From a virus, in the IMG/VR virus record IMGVR_UViG_3300012953_000014, positions 92,636 to 156,635 of that record: a stretch of DNA of 64,000 nt. One strand, 5' to 3'. Below, in pieces: positions 22,104-32,799 of this stretch. Numbering within the stretch: position 1 is the first letter of the stretch; each line of letters begins with the position of its first letter. The notes beneath the pieces were generated by a model. That model saw only the letters and a list, made by a program, of their open reading frames with translations, was not told the DNA's origin and ran no database searches. The translations under genes and the position numbers were made by a program.

Positions 22104-22487
22104 TTATGGACTTATTTCTAAAATGTCTACAGTATTTAAAGAAGGTATTGCATACCTTATTTGAATATTGATAGAATTGTCATATTCAACCTCTTCGTTA
22201 AAGCTTGGAAAAATATTAACCTCAACAAGCTCAATGAATGGCATATATTTGCCAACTTGTTGAGCAATCCTTGTTCTTATATTACTTCTAACCTGTGCTG
22301 TATCGTTTTCAAATAAATAGTTTCTGAGACCTACGCCAAAGTCTGGAATCATCATTCGCTCGCCTGGAGCTGTGAGAACTAAATTTTTTAAGTTCTGCTG
22401 GATTAGTCCCTTGTATCCCTTAATAAGTTTATATGCACCATCAACATTGTCTACATTTAATGGTAATTTTGGTGTTAAGCCCGCCAT
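22104..22487 (-). CDS. Baseplate wedge protein, gp25/GPW family
   Basis: IQQNLKNLVLTAPGERMMIPDFGVGLRNYLFEN signature; 127 aa. Confidence 0.92.
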   Translation of the reverse strand: MAGLTPKLPLNVDNVDGAYKLIKGYKGLIQQNLKNLVLTAPGERMMIPDFGVGLRNYLFENDTAQVRSNIRTRIAQQVGKYMPFIELVEVNIFPSFNEEVEYDNSINIQIRYAIPSLNTVDILEISP

Positions 22488-22488
22488 A

Positions 22489-25400
22489 TTATTCTTCCTC
22501 CTCAGTGTCTACATTCTCTACATAGGCGCTAGTATCAATTGGTTCCAAATTACAATCATCTGCTCTAGTATAATCTCGGCCACCGGCTTCTTTTTGAGCA
22601 CATCGTCGACTTTCAGCAACGTCACTATTACCTTGGTTTTCAATCCAATCGTAAACACCCAAAGAGAAGTCATATATCCAACCAAAAGGAACTGTTGGTG
22701 GAATCCATGTTGCTCCAAAAATTGCCATTGATATTGGAAGAACTGGAAGATCTGGGATTCTGATTGTTCTTTCGCACGAGTCTAACATGCCCGCATCTTC
22801 AAGGGCATTTTCCCCTTCACCAATTAAATTGTTTGCAGCTCTAATACCTGCATTTGCAGCGAACTGAATCTGTTTAGATATTGCAATATTAGGATCAAAT
22901 GTTTCTGTTAATCCTTTTAGGATCATTGGTGGGAACTTAATGGCCAAAGACCACAAATCAACTCCAGGGGTTTTATTATCTCCATAGGTATCACTAAAAT
23001 CTGATGTAGCTAAGACCTTGTTGGTCAACGGGTCGGCGTATTGATAGTTTCCACTATTAAGCATGGCATCAAAAATAATTCTTAACGATTCCTTAGTGTT
23101 GTTAAATGTTCTGGTTACGTCACCGTGTGATGCCAAGAATGTCTCTATAAACATAATATTTTGGGCGAACATTCGATCAACAGGGAACAAATATTTGAAA
23201 AACAACTTAAATTCATCAGTGTTTGTTAGAGAATCAATCAAAACTTGATTAACCTTTCTATCATGATACATTCTTAATCTATATTTTTCTTCCTCGATGG
23301 CATTCAATCCCACTCCAACAAGTTCTGCCAGATTTGTGTCAGAACCAATTGGTTCTTCAACGGCGACCACTGGAAATGTAACATATGATTTATCTATTGT
23401 TCTTATTGTTTCTTGATTGGTGTTTGCGTCATATTCAGTAACTGTTCCAACCTCATTCATAAGATATGCTTTGTCCCTTTTAATTCCTTCCACCACATTT
23501 ATATCTCTTGATCTTGCACGGACTTTATTTAATAATGGAGAATCCTCAGATGGTGAGGCGACACAGGTCATTCTTAAACCGACATTAAGACTTTCAAATA
23601 AATCAGAAATCTTAATAACTTGCGACATAACTGTTGCTTCAGTTTGTGGAGTTATGAATACCAAATTTTCACCACATTCGGCCTCTGTCATAACAGCTTG
23701 AATCAACCTTGGGTTTCCTGGGACATTAACATCAGCATTTATGAGTTGTTCATCTGAGGGTCCAAAGTTTGAGGTTAACCACTCAGCGAACTTATCAATA
23801 TTTACAACTCCCGTCTCCGAGGTAGTCATATTATTTAAAATCGCGCTCACTTGATTATATAAGTTACCTGAACTGTCTATCTCTTGCAGATCTCTTCTAA
23901 GGTTTTCTTGGGACTTATGTCTAACTTTAATATATTTTTCGTATATTACGTTTCCATTATCCATGAACCAAGTTAGAGGGCTTCCTTTTGGCTCACGCAT
24001 TTTTCTTAGGCGGCCCATTTCATCAAGAACTTCTTGCCTCTTCCTTCTTCTTCCATCAAGATCTTTAGCGGACTCGTCTTTTACATATTGTGCAGCATCC
24101 TTGATTTTGCCTAAGAAATCAGTATAATCTTTAATCTCCCTATAATCTCTAAAATCTGGAGATAACAAGTAAAAAGCTGCTAACTTTGACATCCACCAAT
24201 CGATTTCCCACATCAAGTGATATGCATATAGATAAACAATTTCCGGAGTGCCCATTCTACTGTAATCTGATGTACTGAATGTTGTGTTTCCATCCGTGTA
24301 TCTTGGGCCATAATGCGCTTGAGTGCCATTGTTATCTCTCAACGATAACATTTCATCAAAAACTTCTCTAAATGTTTTATTATTGCTCCTCATGAAATCA
24401 CGGACAATATTGTCACTAACTCCTGTTCTACCGCCTGCTGATTGGAGTCCATATTCGTGACTCTGCTGGCTTAAAACAGGGTGTCCTCTCTGAAAAGTCG
24501 GTCGCCTTGACCAGCCATCTGGTTCTGTTGTCCAGTTTCCGATGGTTGTTCTGTATTGAGTTCTTGCTGGCTGATAAGCACGATACGTATCATAAAGGCG
24601 TGGAATATAGTTTGGATTCGGGTTTTGAAGATTTTCTATTCTATTTTTTAACTGATCTAAAATAAATGTTAGAGTTGCTGGTTTCCAGACTTTACCCAAT
24701 CGTTGAACATGTTTTTGAATAGATGATTGAAGATTTGCTACGGTTGGAAGAGGACGATCATTCCATTTGCTATTTAAAAAGTCTTTACCGATTTTATCCA
24801 ATCTTTTTCTTTCAGAATATGATAAGGCCCAATGATGCTTGTTCGACCAAAATTGCCTCTTTATATTTAAATATAACGCCTCATCGTCCCAAACATTCCA
24901 TTTATCATAATACTCTATTTCCGCTTGTATGTCTTCAGGCAGAGAAGGTATTGTTCCCTCTTGCATGTTATACTGCATCATTTTAGGGTGAAACATATCT
25001 TCCGCTAAATATTCAGGCTGCGGGAAGTTGAAGTTCTTAGCTTCAGGTAACGTGTCTTGTTCTATAAGCCGATAAGTCCATGTCTTTCTTGGCATTCTGT
25101 GATATGGAAGTTCCATATTTTTTTTGTGCCCATAGTGAGCAGGCACTTGATTTTCTGGGACTCTTGGATTTCCATCTGTGTGATAGGGTTCACTGTAGGA
25201 GTCCTCATACCATGCATATTTTGGCCCATAAAAAGAATTTGGAGTATATGCCTTTTTAGCTGAAGGTAGTTCAACCAACCTGTACATAGGATACACATAT
25301 GTCGATTGGCCTCTGGTTGCATTATAATTTATCCCAACAGGTGTGCTATATGAGGAGCCAGCGTTACCTGGCATCAAAACATTTGGACAATTAAATATTT

Positions 25401-28400
25401 CGAACATCGTTAAAGCAGAACGATATTCATATTCAGAAATACCATCATACCATAAATTTTGATTGGTTAACCCAGTTGATTCCCATTCATTATCATTTAT
25501 CAAAGGATTTTCAAGCTTGTATGGCCAATCTGTTCTTCCAGTATTTGATTGCAACATGTAATCACCAAAAGATGGGGTGAACTGGTAATGGATACTAGTC
25601 GGATCATAGCGGGGTGGTGATTTTCTTCTGACTTCACTAAATGTGAAAACATTTTCAAGAGTTTTCTGAGCCGGATCTGAACCTACATTACCAGCAGTAG
25701 ATACAAATACCTCAACAGATGCTGATAGAAGGTTTCCAGACCCTATCGCTGTATTTGTAGACACATTAGTTAAACTGAGGTCTCTCTTATACGCCCAAAA
25801 TGGCTGCTTTAGAGTGTCGGGTAACGGCAAGTTTTCAAAATGAGATCGCAAAGTCCAATCAAAAGCCCTACCAAATCCCCAAGAATCATCCACTCTTAAA
25901 TCTTTTTTCGCTAAGTGGTAAACAATTTCTGCGTATGTTGATGTTGAACTTTCACTATACCATTCTTCTCTTCTTGCTATTGCTTCCTCGGTCAAGCCAT
26001 TGTCTCGAAGATATTTTTCATATTTGCTTAACTCATTTAAAATGTTTATTTCTCTTGCAGATATTCGAGGTTCAGTGGTTAACCTGCTGTTACTGTATCC
26101 AACTGGTGTTATCAGTGGCGTAGTTAGTTCTTTGGGCACATCAAACACTGGTATAAATGTATCAGAAACCACAGAATCAATAGTGTTATCCTGGTTGTTG
26201 TCCAAGATTAAATCCATCTTTTGCATGGCCTTATAAAGTTCTACTCTTATAAGATAATCAAGTGCAGCTTCTTCTTCTTGGATGGGCTCAAGTTCGTCGG
26301 TTGGGTTTACACTTGCCATCCTGTTGTAGGTTCTAAAACATTGCAACAAAAATTCATCTGCATAACCCTTCTTTCGGATTTCACCAATAGTACGGCCTCC
26401 GCCAATCATGCGGTTTCTTATGTACTCCACGAGCGTTTGGTCGATATCTTCTGGTCTTGTGAACTTAAACTCAGAAAATGCCCAAATGCCTTTTAAAATT
26501 GCCTCAATCGCATACACGCGAATTGTTACTATTGTCGCTCCTGAGATAACCGCTGATTCTAAGGCGTTGTTTTTATTGGTTCCAAGACCATCCTCATTGG
26601 GGATATTTTTCTCAACACACTTTGCTATCTTATATTGATTAATGACAATCTGTTTTATTTCATCTAAGTTTAATAAATGTGGATCTAGACATCCAGCTTC
26701 GATTTGGGCGCGGCTTAATCTAGGTGTCAGGTTTACAAGTTCAAGCTGACCTTCTTTAAAGAAGTCGCTTTCTGAGATTTCACTTGAAAATGTAGTAAAA
26801 AAGTCCCTAAATATTTCAACATAAAGAGAGCTTAAGTTTTCCGATGATGATTGGTTTTCTAAAATTTGTTCAACGATTGGGTAAAGCCTGGAGCCTGTAC
26901 CGATTTCATCTTCTACATAGGAAGAATTAATATCCGATGTTGGGCGGATTATTGGACCATCACTAAAACTCTTATCTAACAAACTAGCAAACAATCTTTC
27001 TTGTCTTGATTTATTTAGATAAGAGGGAATGTCTGGATTGAGACTTTGACTAAATATAACGTTGTACGCTTGTTTATTTATAGAATCTTCCGTATAATCG
27101 TGATATATTAGGTGAACTTGAGAGTTACTGCCATTAGAAGGGGTGTTGGAATAAATGGTAAAATTATAAGCCTCTTTATCATCTGATGAAGGATCAAGAG
27201 AATCATAGTTAATCAACCATTTGTCCGGCCCCAAACTTAACCCAGCATAACCTTGATTAGCCATTTGTTGCTCAAATGACCTTCTGAAATCGTTTCCGTT
27301 TACGCCGCCGCCATATGAACCAAAACTTTGGACTAGCTGGTTTGGCTGTTCTAATACTAACAGGCTATTATAATATTTAAAATATGTGGCACTGGTGCCT
27401 GTTAGAGATAGGTTGCTTAAGTTTTCTTGCAACCCCGGAACCAGCTTTTGGCTGTTTTTTGGAATCAATATTGACGAAGAAATACCATATGCGCTTTGAA
27501 CCTGTGCTTCAACATCAGGATCTGGACTAAGTTGTCTTGATTGGACTGGACCAATTTGAATCAAAGGGTTGCCGTCCCTATCACTTCTTGCAGTTGAATC
27601 GGGGGTATCTGATGTTAAATACGGATAAGGAAAATCTATCAACGGACGATATCCTTGACCAATATAACTTTCGAACTCAGGATTTATAAGATTTAGTGGC
27701 AATGTAGGTTGATCATTGTCCTCTCTTATTACATTTTCTCTTTGAATCAAATCCCTATTTGGTTTGGGAATTGTTCTTTTTACTTCTCTAAAACCATCTG
27801 GTGTTTTTTGTTTGAGGGAAGGTATAAAACCTAATACATCCTCGTTGAAGGTTGAGTGAACATTATCATATGATGTGTCAACAGTTCTTTTCAACATATG
27901 AGTGAAAGACGGGTGATCAATATCTATTAATCCTGGTATGATGTTTCCGTTTTCGTCAAAGGTGCAGAATGTTGGGGGCAATACGCCTTCTAAAAAGTTA
28001 TCTTTTTCGAGTAACGATGCTAGATCTGATAGTCTTTTTCGTTTTCTTTGATCTGCATCATCAATCTGTTTCTTGGCTTCATCAGCAGATAAACCTTTAT
28101 CCATCAACAGGCTCATTCTTAAATCACCATATGGATTTTCATTGCACAAACCTTGAAGACGATCGGGGATTACATCTTGTGCATCTGCAACCACTTTCAG
28201 TAGTTCTTCTTCATCCAGCAGCTTTCCAACGCTTTGAAAATAATCACTTACTCTGCTTTCACTAGAAAATAAATCCTTCAAAGCGTCCGAATACCTATCG
28301 GAACCAACAACCACGGTTTTGATTGTGTCTTGAATCTCCGGTGTTCCACCTTGAAGTAATAGTTTTGACACCTCTCCAGGAGTTAAGATAGCGGACACCT

Positions 28401-30090
28401 CTGCGATTAACTGATCCATTTCTCCACCGGGGCTGAAGACTCCCTGGTTCAACAGTCTTTGCACCGCTTCGTTGCCCAAAAATCCTTGAATACCTTTGAC
28501 CGCTTCTTTGGACACTTCCAAATCAAAATTTGCAATATTTGTGACGCCGCTTTCTACGCCATCTAAAACTGCTCCAAAGGCTCGTTCACCAAAAACGTTC
28601 TGCATTAAAGATCCAAAAACTTTTCGGTCAGTAAATAAGTCTTTCATTGGCATCCCGCCAAAGTTCATCTTATCAGGATTACCGCAAGACTCTACAATCA
28701 TTTGAAGTATGTCTCTTAACAGCTGCAAAAGGGCGGATTTGAGAGCTTCCCAGACTGCGGCGAAGATTTTCTCTCCAATGTCTGCCATAATATCAACAGT
28801 TATATCAAAGTCAGGAATATCGATTGTCGGTATTTTTAAGATGTCAATAATACCTTCAACAAACCTTGCAGAGTCTCTTAAAAATTGTTTAATTTCTCTA
28901 TATCTTCGAGCGACTTCTCCATTGGGATCCAAGCATATGATGGCTTGATTTACTAAAGGAACTACTTGATACTGGTGGAAAAACTGGTAATAACTTGACT
29001 CTAAACCATCCAAGCTGTTTTCAACAGACTTGATGTTGTTTAATACACTATTCTCAACTTGGTCTGCTGTTTTTGCGGTACGTTCAGCGATGTTTGCATT
29101 AAACGCTCTATCCCCCCAGATTTTTTTCTGTCTCTGAAGATCTTTTAAAGATAAGGTGGACTCTTTGTCCATCTCTTCAGTTTTTTGCTTTTCGGGGTTT
29201 CCGGGTTTTGGATTATACCTTCTTGGTTCCGCATTTGGATCTATTCGATAATCTTTAATGGTGTATTTTTCCAAAAACTTTTCCCAAGTTATTGGGGGAA
29301 CACTTTTATAATCTCCATAAATACTGTCAATCACACTAAGGTAATGAACTGATTGTTGGTTTTTTATTGACGGATGGGATTTAAATGCTCCAAACTTGTT
29401 TACAAGATTCTCATATTTTTGACCCTTGTTTATTTGAGCATATGTTGGAACGTTATCCTTGTTGATTCCGATTGTGATTAGATTGGATACTGATTCATTA
29501 TAATCATATCCATTATCTTGAACCAAAGAACGGATGGCATATGGAACATTTTTAAAATCAGAAGCCTCTGTTTTCATGTTTATTCCGTACACCTTTCCCG
29601 TATACTTTTCAATGTTTGAATGAAAATTGTGAAATATGTTTACTATTCCATCAATTTTTTTAGTTAAATTTTTTGTACTTAAAGTTATTTCGTGAACTGC
29701 TGTGGTATCAAGCGCATTATTGGCTTGCATTTTATCGAACACACTTTGTTCGATACCAACCAACACTTTAATCTTTGCGCGAGGGCGGGGGGGAACATAG
29801 TATTCATTAGCAACACCAAGTTTAACAATTTCCGAAACATCTGTGGGTAATAGTTTCGTATAATGTTCTGCTATTTGTTTTACGCCAGCCTCAATATACT
29901 CATTTGGATAAGCGCGTTGGAAGTTTCTTCCCGTGGTTTCATACTTCAAAGAAACCGCTACAACATACATCCCCTTCTCTTGGTCATAAAACGGAGTTAA
30001 CCCTTGAGTGCCAGTCCAATCTGGCGATATCAAGGGTTTTGTATTTCTAACAACTTGTTCAGTATTTTTTATATTACTCTTTTTTACCAT
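22489..30090 (-). CDS. Giant hypothetical protein (2533 aa), probably virion-associated
   Basis: Uninterrupted ORF between the spike-like and gp25-like genes; no motif recognised. Confidence 0.7.
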   Translation of the reverse strand: MVKKSNIKNTEQVVRNTKPLISPDWTGTQGLTPFYDQEKGMYVVAVSLKYETTGRNFQRAYPNEYIEAGVKQIAEHYTKLLPTDVSEIVKLGVANEYYVPPRPRAKIKVLVGIEQSVFDKMQANNALDTTAVHEITLSTKNLTKKIDGIVNIFHNFHSNIEKYTGKVYGINMKTEASDFKNVPYAIRSLVQDNGYDYNESVSNLITIGINKDNVPTYAQINKGQKYENLVNKFGAFKSHPSIKNQQSVHYLSVIDSIYGDYKSVPPITWEKFLEKYTIKDYRIDPNAEPRRYNPKPGNPEKQKTEEMDKESTLSLKDLQRQKKIWGDRAFNANIAERTAKTADQVENSVLNNIKSVENSLDGLESSYYQFFHQYQVVPLVNQAIICLDPNGEVARRYREIKQFLRDSARFVEGIIDILKIPTIDIPDFDITVDIMADIGEKIFAAVWEALKSALLQLLRDILQMIVESCGNPDKMNFGGMPMKDLFTDRKVFGSLMQNVFGERAFGAVLDGVESGVTNIANFDLEVSKEAVKGIQGFLGNEAVQRLLNQGVFSPGGEMDQLIAEVSAILTPGEVSKLLLQGGTPEIQDTIKTVVVGSDRYSDALKDLFSSESRVSDYFQSVGKLLDEEELLKVVADAQDVIPDRLQGLCNENPYGDLRMSLLMDKGLSADEAKKQIDDADQRKRKRLSDLASLLEKDNFLEGVLPPTFCTFDENGNIIPGLIDIDHPSFTHMLKRTVDTSYDNVHSTFNEDVLGFIPSLKQKTPDGFREVKRTIPKPNRDLIQRENVIREDNDQPTLPLNLINPEFESYIGQGYRPLIDFPYPYLTSDTPDSTARSDRDGNPLIQIGPVQSRQLSPDPDVEAQVQSAYGISSSILIPKNSQKLVPGLQENLSNLSLTGTSATYFKYYNSLLVLEQPNQLVQSFGSYGGGVNGNDFRRSFEQQMANQGYAGLSLGPDKWLINYDSLDPSSDDKEAYNFTIYSNTPSNGSNSQVHLIYHDYTEDSINKQAYNVIFSQSLNPDIPSYLNKSRQERLFASLLDKSFSDGPIIRPTSDINSSYVEDEIGTGSRLYPIVEQILENQSSSENLSSLYVEIFRDFFTTFSSEISESDFFKEGQLELVNLTPRLSRAQIEAGCLDPHLLNLDEIKQIVINQYKIAKCVEKNIPNEDGLGTNKNNALESAVISGATIVTIRVYAIEAILKGIWAFSEFKFTRPEDIDQTLVEYIRNRMIGGGRTIGEIRKKGYADEFLLQCFRTYNRMASVNPTDELEPIQEEEAALDYLIRVELYKAMQKMDLILDNNQDNTIDSVVSDTFIPVFDVPKELTTPLITPVGYSNSRLTTEPRISAREINILNELSKYEKYLRDNGLTEEAIARREEWYSESSTSTYAEIVYHLAKKDLRVDDSWGFGRAFDWTLRSHFENLPLPDTLKQPFWAYKRDLSLTNVSTNTAIGSGNLLSASVEVFVSTAGNVGSDPAQKTLENVFTFSEVRRKSPPRYDPTSIHYQFTPSFGDYMLQSNTGRTDWPYKLENPLINDNEWESTGLTNQNLWYDGISEYEYRSALTMFEIFNCPNVLMPGNAGSSYSTPVGINYNATRGQSTYVYPMYRLVELPSAKKAYTPNSFYGPKYAWYEDSYSEPYHTDGNPRVPENQVPAHYGHKKNMELPYHRMPRKTWTYRLIEQDTLPEAKNFNFPQPEYLAEDMFHPKMMQYNMQEGTIPSLPEDIQAEIEYYDKWNVWDDEALYLNIKRQFWSNKHHWALSYSERKRLDKIGKDFLNSKWNDRPLPTVANLQSSIQKHVQRLGKVWKPATLTFILDQLKNRIENLQNPNPNYIPRLYDTYRAYQPARTQYRTTIGNWTTEPDGWSRRPTFQRGHPVLSQQSHEYGLQSAGGRTGVSDNIVRDFMRSNNKTFREVFDEMLSLRDNNGTQAHYGPRYTDGNTTFSTSDYSRMGTPEIVYLYAYHLMWEIDWWMSKLAAFYLLSPDFRDYREIKDYTDFLGKIKDAAQYVKDESAKDLDGRRRKRQEVLDEMGRLRKMREPKGSPLTWFMDNGNVIYEKYIKVRHKSQENLRRDLQEIDSSGNLYNQVSAILNNMTTSETGVVNIDKFAEWLTSNFGPSDEQLINADVNVPGNPRLIQAVMTEAECGENLVFITPQTEATVMSQVIKISDLFESLNVGLRMTCVASPSEDSPLLNKVRARSRDINVVEGIKRDKAYLMNEVGTVTEYDANTNQETIRTIDKSYVTFPVVAVEEPIGSDTNLAELVGVGLNAIEEEKYRLRMYHDRKVNQVLIDSLTNTDEFKLFFKYLFPVDRMFAQNIMFIETFLASHGDVTRTFNNTKESLRIIFDAMLNSGNYQYADPLTNKVLATSDFSDTYGDNKTPGVDLWSLAIKFPPMILKGLTETFDPNIAISKQIQFAANAGIRAANNLIGEGENALEDAGMLDSCERTIRIPDLPVLPISMAIFGATWIPPTVPFGWIYDFSLGVYDWIENQGNSDVAESRRCAQKEAGGRDYTRADDCNLEPIDTSAYVENVDTEEEE

Positions 30091-30093
30091 GAT

Positions 30094-31488
30094 TTAGGTT
30101 GTATTATTATAACGACTATTGATATACTTGTTACCCATTGTTGTAAAATAATTTAATTTAAATTTCGCTAAGTTAGCCTTATGTATAATTAGTGACCTCT
30201 TAGTTTGTGACAAGTGATCAACCATAGTTTTAATACCTGCTGCCACGACCGGGGGTGATGGTGTCGTTTTCCACACCATTCCTCCTGGAAATGGAATAAC
30301 TTGGGCGGGACCAAAGTGATAATGATTTGTCACTCTTTCATTCAAATATGTTTGATATTGCAATAAAGAATCGACAATACCATTCAACTTACTAACATGA
30401 TCTGTGAGTTTCTGTAATGCTTCTGCGAGGTTGGCTCCTTTGGGGATAGGTTGTAAATCAGAATCATCATTTGTAGCTATAAGATCAATGCCATGGATGT
30501 CTTCGATTAGACCGCCTTGTGAGTTCATTTGATCTGTTCTTGTTACAAGTTTGATCCCATCTCTCGCCACTATACGAACTGCATCAGCTTTCATACCAAT
30601 TGATGATCTTGTTTTTGAGATACCAACTGCTCCAGGAGCCAAATTAAAATAATCATCAATATCTGATTTTTGGCTTATGTAAATTCTTGCAGCATCACGT
30701 ACAAAGTCTGGATTAGCGAAAACAGCGTCCTCATCTTCAAATGGAACTTCTGAGTTATCGATGAAGGCTTGTTCTCTTCTTTTCTTTTTGTCGTCGTCTG
30801 GTAAATATTGGCCTGTTTTATAACCCAACCTTCCCACTACAATATCAATAGCACCGGCTTGAGTGTGGCCTCTTCCACCATAACCACTACATCGACTTGC
30901 GTTGCGGTCACGACCCAAAACAATAGAGGTATTATGAAGGCCGTCTTTTATAACGTCATCATCAACTTTTACATAGTTTGGTACAGGATCAACTTTTAAT
31001 GGATTACCGCAAGTTCCTTGTAGGCCAATCTTATATTGTTCAGGCAGTCTTGACATCTCATCAATGACTGACTGTTTGGCCGACGAAATATCAACACCTT
31101 TTTTGGTTCCAGTTGGTTGGATTGGTTTGTTTTTATCTGATTTTGGAGTTTTAGATTGTTTTGTGTTTGGTTCAAAATCTCTTGATTTTTCTTGATTTTT
31201 TTGTGATTGTGAACTCTTTGAAGCAAAATAAGCATCATCAACTTTCTGGCGTTCTAAGATTTCCATTGCAACAACATCTGATACAGAGGCGTCGTCGCTA
31301 TAAGCAGAGTTAAAATACCCCGTTTCTGATACGTCATTGCTTGCGTGAGATGCAGTCCATATATTGAATGCATTGGTTGCTTCGTCATATTTACCACCAT
31401 CAGAAAGTTCGTTAATATAAGCGGCAGCTTCATCACCAGACATTGCTTCAATATCTTTTTTCGATTTATAATAATTTATACTTGGCAT
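30094..31488 (-). CDS. Putative baseplate central spike (gp5-C/gpV-like)
   Basis: Beta-strand-like repeats (SIVLGRDR, ARIYISQKSD, ADAVRIVARDGIKLVT), then PIPKG-helix-NHYH, similar to the HxH of iron-binding spike tips; follows the OB/M23 gene. Confidence 0.5.
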   Translation of the reverse strand: MPSINYYKSKKDIEAMSGDEAAAYINELSDGGKYDEATNAFNIWTASHASNDVSETGYFNSAYSDDASVSDVVAMEILERQKVDDAYFASKSSQSQKNQEKSRDFEPNTKQSKTPKSDKNKPIQPTGTKKGVDISSAKQSVIDEMSRLPEQYKIGLQGTCGNPLKVDPVPNYVKVDDDVIKDGLHNTSIVLGRDRNASRCSGYGGRGHTQAGAIDIVVGRLGYKTGQYLPDDDKKKRREQAFIDNSEVPFEDEDAVFANPDFVRDAARIYISQKSDIDDYFNLAPGAVGISKTRSSIGMKADAVRIVARDGIKLVTRTDQMNSQGGLIEDIHGIDLIATNDDSDLQPIPKGANLAEALQKLTDHVSKLNGIVDSLLQYQTYLNERVTNHYHFGPAQVIPFPGGMVWKTTPSPPVVAAGIKTMVDHLSQTKRSLIIHKANLAKFKLNYFTTMGNKYINSRYNNTT

Positions 31489-31494
31489 AATGTT

Positions 31495-32511
31495 TTACTT
31501 ATTCTGAGATGACCACGTCTTTAGCTCTGTTGCTGTAAAAGCCCCGAGAACAACAGAAACATAACTACTGGGGTCAAAAACTTCACCGAAGCCGTCGGGT
31601 CCATCGCGTAACTCAAGGTGCAAATGGGGTCCGCTTGAACCACCAGCATTTGGCTGATTATCAGGTGATCCACCCGAAAGGCCGACTTGCTCACCAGCTT
31701 CAACTTGATCGCCCACTTGTACAGTAACCTCATTCATGTGAGCATAGCGTGAAGTTCTTCCATCTTTATGCTTCACATCAACATACAGACCATAACCACC
31801 TTGGTTAATCTTAACCCTAGATACGCGACCATCCATCATAGAGTGAATTGGGGAATTAGATGGTGTGTTAAGATCAATCCCTTTGTGCATCTTCACTTTG
31901 CCGGATAGTGGGTGGATTCTCTTACCTAATCCACTTGTTATTCTTACATTACTGGCAGCAGCACTCAACCCTTGCGAAGAGCGATTTTGACTAAAATAAT
32001 TAAATGCGCCCCCAGAAGGCACCTTGATTGTACCATCAGAAACTCTACCAATATAAGTAGGTTGTGTCATGTTAACGCGATCACCAAAATCAACCTCAAC
32101 TATGTCACCAGGTGCAGGAATGGGTGTACTGTCCTTTAAACCAACTGGTGCTTCAGAAATGAAAGCTGGATGAAGATTGATTTGTAAGTGGGCGTTACCC
32201 GCTTCATTTCCATATGCAAAAGGATCTGTTATGTGAGCATGAAGTTCTGGGATTCTTGCATAGACTGTCAACCAAAGCTTATCCTTATCGGCAACTCCAG
32301 ATTGTTGAACCCATGAACCAGCGGGTGGGTTTACAGTTAAATCAGTTCTTAAGCAAATAGCCCTAAGAATACCTTGGTGTTGGAATGCTTCCGCATTAAA
32401 CCGCCGTAGAGCGGTTTCGCGAATAGAGCTTACTAGACTATTTCCTTGATAGGTTGTTCCACAAAAAGGAAGTCCTAGTGAGTTAAGTTTACCATCACCA
32501 AAGTTAGCCAT
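31495..32511 (-). CDS. M23 family peptidoglycan endopeptidase with N-terminal gp5-OB-like region
   Basis: HKGID, YAHM, V.VGD.V..G..VG.SG and GPHLHLE (M23). N-terminal PAPGDIVEVDFGD....PTYIG resembles the gp5/gpV OB-fold motif. Confidence 0.85.
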   Translation of the reverse strand: MANFGDGKLNSLGLPFCGTTYQGNSLVSSIRETALRRFNAEAFQHQGILRAICLRTDLTVNPPAGSWVQQSGVADKDKLWLTVYARIPELHAHITDPFAYGNEAGNAHLQINLHPAFISEAPVGLKDSTPIPAPGDIVEVDFGDRVNMTQPTYIGRVSDGTIKVPSGGAFNYFSQNRSSQGLSAAASNVRITSGLGKRIHPLSGKVKMHKGIDLNTPSNSPIHSMMDGRVSRVKINQGGYGLYVDVKHKDGRTSRYAHMNEVTVQVGDQVEAGEQVGLSGGSPDNQPNAGGSSGPHLHLELRDGPDGFGEVFDPSSYVSVVLGAFTATELKTWSSQNK

Positions 32512-32799
32512 TTACTTTTCCCCATTCAAACTGTCAAAGATTTCTGCTCGTTCTTCGGCGGTTAAGCCAACATCAAGTTTCTCACTTTTTTGTTTCAAAG
32601 AAGCAATTTTAACAAGCTGTTCATTTGAGCGTTGTAGAGTTTCGACATATTTAGCGGCAGTTAAACCAACCTCTTTGTGACGATGTTCGTCGGTGGATAG
32701 GTACTTTACTAAATCTTTTAAAAGCTCTGTTGTTTGTTCGCGATCTTTGCGAATATTTTCTATTGCTTCATCAGTAAGTGACTCAAAATCTTTGTTCAT
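32512..32799 (-). CDS. Hypothetical helical protein
   Basis: ORF with ATGA overlap at 32796-32799 with the sigma-like gene. Confidence 0.7.
   Translation of the reverse strand: MNKDFESLTDEAIENIRKDREQTTELLKDLVKYLSTDEHRHKEVGLTAAKYVETLQRSNEQLVKIASLKQKSEKLDVGLTAEERAEIFDSLNGEK

Noticed and set aside
20274-32511. T6SS/eCIS/tailocin, or a eukaryotic giant virus
   Set aside because: No Tss/Afp accessory genes or cellular housekeeping context. A gp55-like sigma, PhoH, tmRNA, SD sites and sigma70 promoters point to a large bacteriophage.
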